This document shows positions 53,190 to 64,000 of a stretch of 64,000 bases of DNA, piece after piece. Under the pieces are notes generated by a model that had not been told where the DNA came from, did not search any database, and saw only the letters and a list, made by a program, of their open reading frames with translations. Position 1 is the stretch's first letter. Each line of letters opens with the position of its first letter. The stretch spans positions 2,108,001 to 2,172,000 of the forward strand of contig NW_026262581.1 of assembly GCF_021869535.1 (NCBI RefSeq), read 5' to 3'. Source of the DNA: Mytilus californianus. Its lineage: Eukaryota. Both the position numbers and the translations under genes were made by a program.

Positions 53190-56100
53190 TTAAATATTTG
53201 ACACAGCATAGGTTTCTGACACAGAATGAATGTGGTCCAAGAACTTAAAAATTTTTAATTTATCTATTCAAACCATATCATTATTATGTGCTTTTATATA
53301 TAAATCAGAAATAACCAATTTAAAATGGAAAATTTTAAAGAAAAAAAATCCCCCCCCCAAATTTTTTTAACCCCCTTATGATTCATCACCCCCAAACTCA
53401 ATCCAAGCCTTCCCTTTGTGGTATGGTACCTTGCAGTACTGTTACTGTATAATTTCAGAGAGATCCATACACTTGAACACAAGTTATTGTCTGGAAACTA
53501 GAAAAATGCTTGTTTTTTGGCCCCTTTTTGGCCCCAAATTCCTAAACATTTAGGGCAATTACCCCCAAACTCAAACCCAGCTTTCCCTTTGTGATATGGA
53601 ACCTTGCAGTACAATTTCATAAAGATCCATACACTTACACACAAGTTATTGTCCTGAAACTAGAAAAATTCGTAAGGGTTCTGCGGAACACAGTGTCTCG
53701 CCTACTTTTGCTGTTTATCACAGGCTCAACAAAAATGAGGAAAAAAATTAATAAAAATATTCCTCTCTATACTATCTTTTGATTGTAAGTAGCTTCTGTC
53801 CAAGTTTGGTAAAAATCCAGGATAGTTTATGAATCTAATAAATGTTTTAAAAACTTAAACTGCAGACTGAATGTAATGTTAACTGGAAAAAAAACTAAGT
53901 CCATTTATAAGTAAAACACGGAAAAAATGGAACAAAATTTTAACAAAATTTCCTTCTAGATACTAGCTTTTAATCATAAACAAGCTTCTGTCCAAGTTTG
54001 GTACAAATCCAGGATAGTTTAAGAAAGTTGTTAAAATTTTAAAAACTTTAACCACAGAGTGAATGTAATGTTAACTGGCAGAAAAACTAAGTCCATTTAT
54101 AAGTAAAATACGGAAAAAATGGAATTTTTTTTTTACAAAATTTACTTCTGGATACTATCTTATGATCATAAACATGGTTCTTTCCAAGTTTGGTAGAAAT
54201 CCAGGATAGTTGAAGAAAGTTATTAAAATTTCAAAAACTTTAACCACAGAGTGAATGTAATGTTTCCTGGCAGAAAAACTAAGTCCATTTATAAGTAAAA
54301 TACGGAAAAAATGGATTTTTTTTTTTTTTAAATTTACTTCTGGATACTATCTTATGATCATAAACAAGCTTCTGTCCAAGTTTGGTAGAGATCCAGGATA
54401 GTTTAAGAAAGTTATTAAAATTTCAAAAACTTTAACCACAGAGTGAATATTTGTGGTTGCCGCCGACGACAACGACGCCGCCGAAGGAATGTAGGATTGC
54501 TATGTCTCGCTTTTTCGACAAAAGTCGAAGGCTCGACAAAAATGCTTGTTTTCTTGCCCCTTTATGGCCCCTTATTCCTCAAATTTCTAGGGAATTACCC
54601 CCAAAATCAATCCCAGCCTTCCCTTTGTGGTATGGTACCTTGCAGTACAATTTCAGAGGGATCCATACACTTGAACACAAGTTATTGTCTGGAAACTTGA
54701 AAAATTCGTAAGGGTTCCGCGGAACCCAGTGTCTCGCCTACTTTTGCTGTTAATCGCAGGCTCAACAAAAATGAGGAAAAAAATTAATAAAAATATTCCT
54801 CTCTATACTATCTTTTGATTGCAAGTAGCTTCTGTCCAAGTTTGGTAAAAATCCAGGATAGTTTATGAATCAAATAAATGTTTTAAAAACTTAAACTGCA
54901 GACTGTATGTAATGTTAACTGGAAGAAAAACAAAGTCCATTTATAAGTAAAAAACGGAAAAAATGGAACAAAATTTTAACAAATTTTCCTTCTACATACT
55001 AGCTTTTAATCATAAACAAGCTTCTGTCCAAGTTTGGTACAAATCCAGGATTGTTTAAGAAAGTTGTTAAAATTTAAAAAAAACTTTAACCACAGAGTGA
55101 ATGTAATGTAAACTGGCAGAAAAACTAAGTCCATTTATAAGTAAAATACGAAAAAATGGATTTTTTTTTTACAAAAATTTTCTTCTAGATACTATCTTAT
55201 GATCATAAACAAGCTTCTGTCCAAGTTTGGTAGAAATCCAGGATAGTTTAAGAAAGTTATAAAAGTTTCAAAAACTTTAACCACAGAGTGAATATTTGTG
55301 GACGCCGCCGACGACAACGACGGAATGTAGGATCGCTATGTCTCGCTTTTTCGACAAAAGTCGAAGGCTCGACAAAAATGCTTATTTTTGGCCCCTTATT
55401 CCTAAACGTTGTGGGCAATTACCCCCAAAATCAATTCCAGCTTTCCCTTTGTGATATGGAACCTTGTAGTACAATTTCATAAAGATCCATACACTTACAC
55501 ACAACTTATTGTCATGAAACTAGAAAAATGCTTGTTTTTGCCCCTTTTTTGCCCCTAATTCCTAAAATTTGGAGGCAATTACCCCCAAAATCAATCCCAG
55601 CATTCCCTTTGTGATATGGAACCTTGTGGTACAATGTCAGAGAGATCCATACACTTACACACAAGTTATTGTCATGAAACTAGAAAAATGCTTGTTTTTT
55701 GCCCCTTTTTGGCCCCTAATTCCTAAAATTTGGAGGCAATTACCCCCAATATCAATCCCAGCATTCCCTTTGTGATATGGAACCTTGTGGTACAATGTCA
55801 GAGAGATCCATACACTAACACACAAGTTATGTCTGGAAGTTACAATAAAATGCTCCGCAGGACGCAGCTTGATACGACCGCAGAGGTCGAACCCTGAACA
55901 GTTGGGGCAAGTATGGACACAACATTCAAGCTTGATACAGCTTTGCATTTGGATTGTGATTAAATATTTGACACAGCATAGGTTTCTGACACAGAATGAA
56001 TGTGGTCTAAGAACTTAAAAATTTTAAATTGGACATTCACCTATTATGGTCCAATATCCAAAATCTAAATACATGGTTAGATTCAGCATATCAAAGAACC

Positions 56101-56719
56101 CCAAGAATTCAATTTTTGATGAAATCAAACAAAGTTTAATTTTGGACCCTTTTGACCTCAATGTGGACAAAGTTGTTAACGGGGCCCAAAAATCAAAAAT
56201 CTAAATACATGGTTAGATTCAGCATATCAAAGAACCCCATATATTCAATTTTTGTTGAAATCAAACAAAGTTTAATTTTGGACCCCGATTTAGACCAACT
56301 TGAAAACTCGGCCCATAATCAAAAATCTAAATACATGTTTAGATTCAGCATATCAAAGAACCCTAAGAATTCAATTTTTGTTAAAATCAAACTAAGTTTA
56401 ATTTTGGACCCTTTGGACCTTAATGTAGACCAATTTGAAAACGGAACCAAAAATTAAGAATCTAAATACACGGTTAGATTCGGCATATCAAAGAACCCCA
56501 ATAATTCAATTTTTGATGAAATCAAACAAAGTTTAATTTTGGACCCTTTGGACCTCAATGTGGACCAATTTAAAGACGGGGCCCAATTCCAAAAACTAAA
56601 TACACGATTAGATTCAGCATATTAAAGAACCCCAAGAATTCAAGAATAAAACCCCATTGAAATTGGTCAAGAAATAAGCAATTTATACGAAGTATCTTCT
56701 TTTGCACAATACTGTGTAA

Positions 56720-56920
56720 TTAAATATTTCTTGCTATTGCGCAATACTGTACAATTGACAATTTCTTGCTATTGCGCAATATTGTGCTATTGGATATTTC
56801 TTGCTATTGTGCAATACTGTGCAATTGAAGATTACTTGCTATTGCGCAATACTGTGCAATTGAAGATTTCTTGCTATTGTGCAATACTGTGCAATTGAAA
56901 ATTTCTTGCTATTGCACAAT
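56720..56920. repeat. 35-bp tandem repeat with palindromic TATTGCGCAATA core (inside HINE A)
   Basis: tttcttgctattg(c/t)gcaatactgtgcaattgaaga, about 6 units. Confidence 0.85.
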
Positions 56921-59576
56921 ACTTATTATATAATAATTTACACATCCTGTTTGGTGTGTATCTCCTACCATATTATTATTATTTGCTTTTAAATATAAAT
57001 CAGAAATAACCAACTTAAAATGGAAAATTTTAAAAGAAAAAAAAAAGGATAAAAAAAAAAATCCCCCCCCGAAATTTTTTGAACCCCCTTATGATTCATC
57101 ACCCTCAAACTCAATTCCAGCCTTCCCTTAGTGGTATGGTACCTTGCAGTACAATTTCAGAGAGATCCATACACTTACACACAAATTATTGTCCTGAAAC
57201 TAGAAAAATGCTTGTTTTTTGCCCCTTTTTGGCCCCTAATTCCTAAAATATTGAGGCAATTACCCCCATCATCAATCCCAGCCTTCCCTTTGTGGTATGG
57301 TACCTTGCAGTACAATTTCAGAGAGATCCATACATTTGAACACAAGTTATTGTCTAGAAACTAGAAAAATGCTTATTTTTGGCCCCTTTTTAGCCCCCAA
57401 TTCCTAAACACTTCGGCAATTACCCCCAATCTCAATTCCAGCTTTCCTTTTGTGATATGGAACCTTGAAGTACAATTTCAGATAGATCCATACACTTACA
57501 CACAAGTTATTGTCATGAAACTAGAAAAATGCTTGTTTTTTGCCCCTTTTTTGGCCCCTAATTCCTAAAATTTTGAGGCAATTACCCCCAAAATCAATCC
57601 CAGCATTCCTTTTGTGATATGGAACCTTGTGGTACAATGTCAGAGAGATCCATACACTAACACACAAGTTATGTCTGGAAGTTACAAAAATGCTTATTTT
57701 TGGCCCCTAATTCCTTTACTGTTGGTACCATAACCCCCAAAATCAATCCCAACCTTCCTTTTGTGGTATTGAACCTTTTGGTAAAATTTCATAGAGATCC
57801 ATTCACTTAAACTAAAGTTAGAGTGCGAAAACCAATGTGTCTTCGGACAAAGCCGGACGATGACGACAACGACGACGACGTCATACCAATATACGACCAC
57901 AAAAATTTTTTTGCGGCCGTATAAAAATGCTTATTTTTGGCCCCTAATTCCTTAACTGTTGGTACCATAAAAGTAAAATACACAAAAAACGGATTTATTT
58001 TTTTACAAAATTTCCTTCTAGATACTAGCTTTTGATCATAAACAAGCTTCTGTCCAAGTTTGGTACAAATCCAGGATAGTTTAAGAAAGTTATTAAAATT
58101 TTAAAAACTTTTAACCACAGAGTGAATGTGTTGTTTCCTGGCAGAAAATCTAAGTCCATTTAAAAGTAAAATAAGGAAAAAATGGATTTAATTTTTTACA
58201 AAATTTACTTCTGGATACTATCTTATGATCATAAACAAGCTTCTGTCCAAGTTTGGTACAAACCCAGGATAGTTTAAGAAAGTTATTAAAATTTTAAAAA
58301 CTTTAACCACAGAGTGAATGTAATATTTCCCAGCAGAAAAACTAAGTCCATTTATAAGTAAAAAATTCGTAAGGGTTCCGCGGAACCCAGTGTCTCGCCT
58401 ACTTTTTCTGTTAATCACAGGCTCAACAAAAATGAGGAAGTAAATCAATAAAAATATTTCTCTTGATACTATCGTTTGATTGTAAGAAGCTTCTGTCCAA
58501 GTTTGGTAAAAATCCAGGATAGTTTATGAATCTAATAAATGTTTAAAAACTTTAACTGCAGACTGAATGTAATGTTAACTGGAAGAAAACAAAATTTCCT
58601 TCTAGATACTAGCATTTGATCATAAACAAGCTTCTGTCCAAGTTTGGTACAAATCCAAAATAGTATAAGAAAGTTATTAAAATTTTAAAAACTTTAACCA
58701 CAGAGTGATGAATGTGTTGTTTCCAGGCAGAAAATCTAAGTCCATTTAAAAGTAAAATACAGAAAAAATGGATTTATTTTTTTACAAAATTTCCTTCTAG
58801 ATACTAGCTTTTGATCATAAACAAGCTTCTGTCCAAGTTTGGTACAAATCCAAAATAGTATAAGAAAGTTATTAAAATTTTAAAAACTTTAACCACAGAG
58901 TGAATGTGTTGTTTCCTGGCAGAAAATCTAAGTCCATTTAAAAGTAAAATAAGGAAAAAATGTTTTTTTTTTTTACAAAATTTACTTCTGGATACACTCT
59001 TATGATCATAAACAAGCTTCTGTCCAAGTTTGGTAGAAACCCAGGATAGTTTAAGAAAGTTATTAAAATTTTAAAAACTTTAACCACAGAGTGAATGTAA
59101 TATTTCCCGGCAGAAAAACTAAGTCCATTTATAAGTGAAATATGGAAAAAATGGAATTTTATTTTTACAAAATTTACTTCTGGATACTATCTTATGATCA
59201 TAAACAAGCTTCTGTCCAAGTTTGGTAGAAATCCAGGATAGTTTAAGAAAGTTATTAAAATTTCAAAAACTTTAACCACAGAGTGAATATTTGTGGACGC
59301 CGCCGACGACAAAGACGACGACGACACCGACGGAATGTAGGATCGCTATGTCTCGCTTTTTCGACTAAAGTCGAATGCTCGACAAAAACGGAAAAAATGT
59401 AATTTTATTTTTACAAAATTTATTTCTGGATACTATCTTATGATCATAAACAAGCTTCTGTCCTAGTTTGGTAGAAATCCAGGATAGTTTAAGAAAGTTA
59501 TTAAAATTTCAAAAACTTTAACCACAGAGTGAATATTTGTGGACGCCGCCGACGACAACGAATTCGTAAGTCATCC

Positions 59577-59998
59577 ATACCTTTTCTACTATCCACACCA
59601 ACCCCAAGTGAAAATAGACCTTATCGCTAATCCCGCTTGACCCGAGAATCAGTCCCGCTCGAACTTTTGACGTCATACAACAACCACTTTTCCATTGTGG
59701 CGTCAGATATTTTCTATTATGACGTCAAAATTTTACGGGAACTTGTGTGATGTCCAGTAATGGCGGACAAATAGCGATAAGGTGTATCAGTGGCATAGCA
59801 CCAGTGTACGTAGCATTGTAAGCATGTGCTTACAAATAATTTTATTAAACATTTTTTTCTCAATAAGAATTTTACTATAATTGTTCTGCTTCAGGAGGGG
59901 GCTGCCCCCAGACCCCTAACTGACAATTTATTTTTCCAGTGGCTACATCACTGAAAATAGAAGTCACTTGGGGTTTGTGTGGATAGTAGAAAAGGTAT
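59577..59998. mobile_element. MITE with ~34-bp TIRs, containing a second small MITE (59788-59953)
   Basis: Outer TIRs ataccttttctactatccacaccaaccccaagtg / cacttggggtttgtgtggatagtagaaaaggtat. Inner TIRs cagtggcatagc / gctacatcactg. Confidence 0.75.
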
Positions 59999-60290
59999 TA
60001 TAATCAGCTATTTTGGGATTTAAGAGACTTGTTTTATGTCTAAAAAAATTTAGAAAATTGTAAATATGAAAAAAGGGGGGTCCATGCCCCCAAATACCTG
60101 TGCTCTCTTGAAAGCTGGTGCTCTTTTAAATTTAAGAATTATACTAGTATGGACTCGAGGGTACCAACTTTTTATTTAGATATAAGAACACACATATTAT
60201 CTATGCTTCTGTAAGAGTGGTAAAGTGTTAATTATGACAGTATGACAGTAAGCTTTCACGTGTCTTTGTTTATTTATGTGCATTCCATAC

Positions 60291-60354
60291 CTGTATCAAC
60301 TGTGGCTCGAACATGTTTGTACTTGGGATTTTCTGGGATTTTCTTGTCCAATAT
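60291..60354 (-). CDS. CEP41: CEP41 exon 2 (ILDKKIPENPKYKHVRATVDT-G)
   Basis: ttttttcttcag acceptor, GTATGG donor, 64 nt. Similar to human YLMKRIPQNPRYQHIKSRLDTG. Confidence 0.95.
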
Positions 60355-60447
60355 CTGAAGAAAAAACATCACAGTAGAACTTTGACCCATTTGAATTTAT
60401 AAAAACTGTGAACTCAAACAATATGGCTTTATTCTATTAAAACTTAC

Positions 60448-60486
60448 ATTCACCGGTTTTGCCTTCGCCGTACTGACGGAAGACAT
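60448..60486 (-). CDS. CEP41: CEP41 exon 1 coding part (MSSVSTAKAKPVN)
   Basis: aaaATG context, 39 nt, GTAAGT donor, phase 0, 93-nt intron to exon 2. Confidence 0.85.
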
Positions 60487-60489
60487 TTT

Positions 60490-60560
60490 GTACTGTTTTC
60501 GTCCGTAACCCTTCGTGACTGCAACACGCATGCGCTGAACTAAAATTAGCGGGTACTTTT
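60490..60560 (-). promoter_or_regulatory. Putative CEP41 5'UTR/core promoter with NRF1-like element (ACGCATGCGC, 60526-60535)
   Basis: Locally CpG-enriched stretch immediately upstream of the ATG. The motif resembles the TGCGCATGCGCA consensus with mismatches. Confidence 0.35.
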
Positions 60561-61218
60561 AAAGATGATTTTTGACATAAAAATTATGACAGAACTTTAT
60601 TCAGAGACATATAATTTTTTATATGTCTCTGCTTTATTCAACATAAATTGAGTGACGATATGTATGCATGACACATAACTTTCTAAGGTGTTAATCAGAA
60701 AAAAAAGTCCAGGTGTTTTATGATTTTCAATTGCAGATTGCATTACTGTAATACTGAATATTCTGCAGAAGGAGACAAAAAAAAATAAATGAAAATGTTA
60801 AGTGTATATCAAAATAAAAAAGTAATAAATGTTATATATATATATATATACTGTATGAACTGACTCGCCCCCTTTTATTATCGAACAATTATTACCTGTT
60901 ATCAAGGACGTATAATACGTCCTTGCTGATATACATGTGTATAATAATCATAATTAAATTGTATTGTCTGTGCCTATTTGTAACTGATTGATATGCTTGT
61001 AATGAGACCTATGATTAGGAAAATGAAAAATATTATGTATAAAAGGAATATTCTATTCTGTATCTATATATATCTAATTAAAATATATTTGAGTTAAGTA
61101 TTTTGTCGATAATGGCGTGAGTAGTGTGTAATACACTGTGTTATAAACTGTAGCATAGAAGTGACCATGATCCATGAAACCAGAGACATATAGACATATA
61201 TATATAAATGGTATATAT

Positions 61219-61699
61219 GTAAGACTCTAAAGTGCGATGACGGTACTTTAACGTGCGATGGTCACGCTAAAGTGCGATGGTCTACGCTAAAGTTCGCCGA
61301 TGATTGTTTGTTTGCTAAAGTACGGCGGTATATCAAGATAAAGTGCGATGGCTTTAAAAACGTTAAAGAACATAAGATGTAAGAATAGTCCATTTGCCAA
61401 ATCTAGTATTCTAAGGTATACCATATGTGATAGGCATCATAATCTACTGGTAGGCTAAAGTCATTGGCATTTGGTTTAACAGTTGTTAATCAAATATTAG
61501 TAATTTATCTTCCGGCGTGTTCATTTTTAGTTTGTATCATAAACGACTGTTAACGTCATAATCAAACTACGTTTCTTACGTCTATACTTTTGCGGACCAT
61601 CGGACTTTAGCGTATGGCGGCATCGCACTTTAGCGCAGACCATCGCACTTTAGCGTGACCATCGCACTTTAGCGTCCCCATCGCACTTTAGAGTCCTAC
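61219..61699. mobile_element. MITE with repeated subterminal CTAAAGTGCGATG motifs
   Basis: gtaagactctaaagtgcgatg... / ...catcgcactttagagtcctac, with 3-4 motif copies per arm, inserted in a (TA)n context. Confidence 0.8.
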
Positions 61700-63368
61700 A
61701 TATATGTCTCTGATGGAACACTATGTGATGTCTCGTAAAAGTTATATCCTAGCTCTGATCCTCCAAATTTATTTCAGGAAGCATTTTCAGGCAACAGGAA
61801 TTATTCAATAATTTGTTTTAGTTAGGCCAGGGACATATAGTGCTATGTGTCTCTGGTTAGTCTGATAACATGATCAAAGACTTGAACAGTATATTTATAC
61901 TACAATGTCCCCCTTAAAACAAAAGCCTACTAGAAAATCAAAAGTCAAGTCAAAACAAAATATTAAGAAAAAACACAATCAGCTAGAAGCTCCTCTTTCA
62001 AAAGTTAGAAAAATTACCTGAATGATAGAGTAAAACTGATTATATATATATCGTGTATAAATTTTTTTTTTTTTTAGAAAAATGCAAAACAGAAACCGAA
62101 ATTTTAAAATATCTAAAACGACTGAAGATAAAGCTTGAGTGTATACATAAAGAAGCAATTAATAAGTAGACATATCCTTTATATCATGAATGATTTACAC
62201 TAGAAATAAGAGTATTCGACAGAAGTTACATAAAAAAAACTTGACTAAGGAATGAAACGCGGCAAATCCGATTTAAAACTATGACTTAAAAAAGATACCT
62301 TGTATTAGGCCTTTTTCCTGTCGAATTTGTTTGGAATTTTCTGCCTACAGGAAAAATTGAGTCTATCAAACTTTAATTCTTCTTTAATTTTGCTGTTTCA
62401 TGGTCTTCTTTTCTCTAAAGCCTCAATTGATTCAGAGTTTCTTTAATACAATTGTATGTAGTTATTTGACTGGTATAAGTTTTGAACAAATTGTTCCAAT
62501 TAATTATGTTTTAAATGTCTTCCCCACATATATATCACATGCAATCTTTCATTTTAAGAATATTTATTAACAGAGAAAAACTGTTCACTTACTATATAAT
62601 TATTTATTAAGTCCGGGTTCTGAGTAGTAATCAATTTATTCACTAATTGCGATAATTTCCGTGTATATTTCGCGTTTCATTCCCGATCCGATGGCATTTT
62701 GGATGCGGGGACGCGTAGCCTACGAATGCCAATTTGACTACTCATCCCCGCATGCGGGTTCGCGCAGACACTGTCGCGCAGACACTGCCTTTAATAAATA
62801 CGTTAGTATGTCACGGAATAGAAGTTCCTTCATAATATAAGTTCCAAATGGAAACAATATTCTGGAATATTATTTCCACTGGAATAAATATTACAGGAAA
62901 TGTTCCTAACGGAATAAATGGTATAGAATATTTTTTCCAACAGGAACAGATATTATGACATTGTTTATAACAAAGTTTCCAGTGGAACTTCTGTTAGGCG
63001 GAACAAATATACGTTGACAAGATAAGTTGAGGGACTCTGGTGGGTAGTTGTTTCATTGGCAATCATGCCACATCTCCTTTTTTGTATATCAATATTGATC
63101 AATATTGGACACAGATAATTCAGGGTCATACAGTATACTAGAGGTTCCCTAGTCCCGAAATTACAATAAAGACATTTTCAAAAGCATGCATCACGTCTGA
63201 GACTATACCATTGTGTTATAGCAGAGACATAGAATGTCTGGTATAGTTGTAGTTGTGCGAATTTGTTCTACGTTTGCGCGCAACATTTTCCACGTTTGCT
63301 GAACAAAAGTCATTTTGTTTGCACGAAATTTACCTGATGAAAAGTGACTACGATTGCGCGAAAGTTTG

Positions 63369-63500
63369 GGTACCTGTAAAGTGCGAAACGAAATAGAAAC
63401 GGAACGGATCAAAACAAAACGAAACGAAACGAAACGAAACGAAATAGCGCAAAACGAAACAAAATACAGCAAAACGAAACGAAATTTCAACTTAAATATC
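63369..63500 (+). repeat. (CGAAA)n microsatellite region, probably the arm of a MITE starting GGTACCTGTAAAGTGCG
   Basis: Tandem aaacg pentamers at 63385-63485. Confidence 0.6.
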
Positions 63501-64000
63501 CCGCTCAATATCATTATATTTACCAATATAGGGAAAGACAGCTTGAACTGATACATATGGGTCCGAAAAGTGGGATTATCGGGATATGATTCAGTAGTTA
63601 GAATGTTTTTCTGTGGACTATTTTTGTGTGAGCAGGCTTACATTCGGCTTATATTATGTTGGTTTATTTGTTGTCGTGAACATGAAATATTTGCTCCCGG
63701 GCTGACGTTAAGCCGCGGGTCACCCATATCGAACGAAATCATTAATAATAGATCATTGTTTTCGCTTTATTTCGCTGTCAGGTCTAGGTATGGATGTGTA
63801 AACCTACGTTGGTTACGAGTGATGGCTGTCTTCTCGGGTGAATTGGGAGGGTTGGGGGATAACTACAGTTTGTTTATGTGAGGAAAATTCTGGGCATTTT
63901 TGAGAGTACGTTTCAAGAAATTTCGGGTTGGCATTGGTCTTTCGGGTCTGAAATGGTCTTGAAAGCAGATTTCGGGTAGCCTTTTTGTCAGAATGTCAGA

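Larger units (their letters stand above)
51607..59570 (+). mobile_element. Nested cluster of HINE elements (families A, B, C) in CEP41 intron 2
   Basis: The A head at 51607 is interrupted by B (51714-53189). The A body is interrupted by C (53667-54541, 54702-55378) and by another A (about 55843-57927). C is also inserted in C (58364-59387). Host sequence resumes after each insert. Confidence 0.8.
25387..60486 (-). other. CEP41: CEP41 gene span, start to stop codon (11 coding exons, 349 aa, rhodanese-like domain)
   Basis: Exon lengths 39+64+48+62+49+154+143+68+115+186+122 = 1050 nt form one open frame with compatible phases. Segments such as YRFKKDEIFKRMKAATFVQL, CPYLLLDIR, DEDERLA..AATTLVQRGYDNLFLLSGG and FPEGLFTG match human CEP41 as recalled ([65 protein letters not shown]). 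Confidence 0.95.

Noticed and set aside
63570-63881. 103-aa ORF (GTG start) as a possible divergent neighbouring gene
   Set aside because: Non-ATG start, no recognisable domain, and it lies among transposon fragments at the window edge.

Overview
AT-rich eukaryotic genomic DNA from a bivalve mollusc, most likely a Mytilus mussel (inferred from repeat families recognised from memory; no database search was run). The only gene I can support is a complete 11-exon CEP41 (centrosomal/ciliary, rhodanese-like domain) on the minus strand. Its CDS runs from ATG 60486 to TGA 25387, assembled by hand: 1050 nt, 349 aa, all GT-AG junctions phase-compatible. The ORF track misses most of it, and nearly all track ORFs are repeat artefacts. 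The most striking structures lie inside CEP41. (1) A 23-unit, 56-bp tandem array is built from the 3' half of coding exon 9 plus its 5' splice site. It gives about 20 spare GT donors, each preceded by an acceptor-like tract and 2-4 nt, usually CAG|GGG|GTAAG. (2) Intron 8 is a U12-type minor-spliceosome intron. (3) The exon 7 acceptor is duplicated 181 nt upstream. (4) A possible in-frame alternative first exon lies in intron 3. (5) Intron 2 holds about 8 kb of nested Helentron-type non-autonomous elements, repeatedly inserted at the same AAAA^ATGCTT motif. Outside the gene there is an ~11.5-kb, 51-bp satellite with hierarchical higher-order duplications, a hammerhead-ribozyme-bearing Penelope-like fragment inserted at its edge, a 31-bp minisatellite resembling a SINE head, and many MITEs, SINE-like elements and HINEs.
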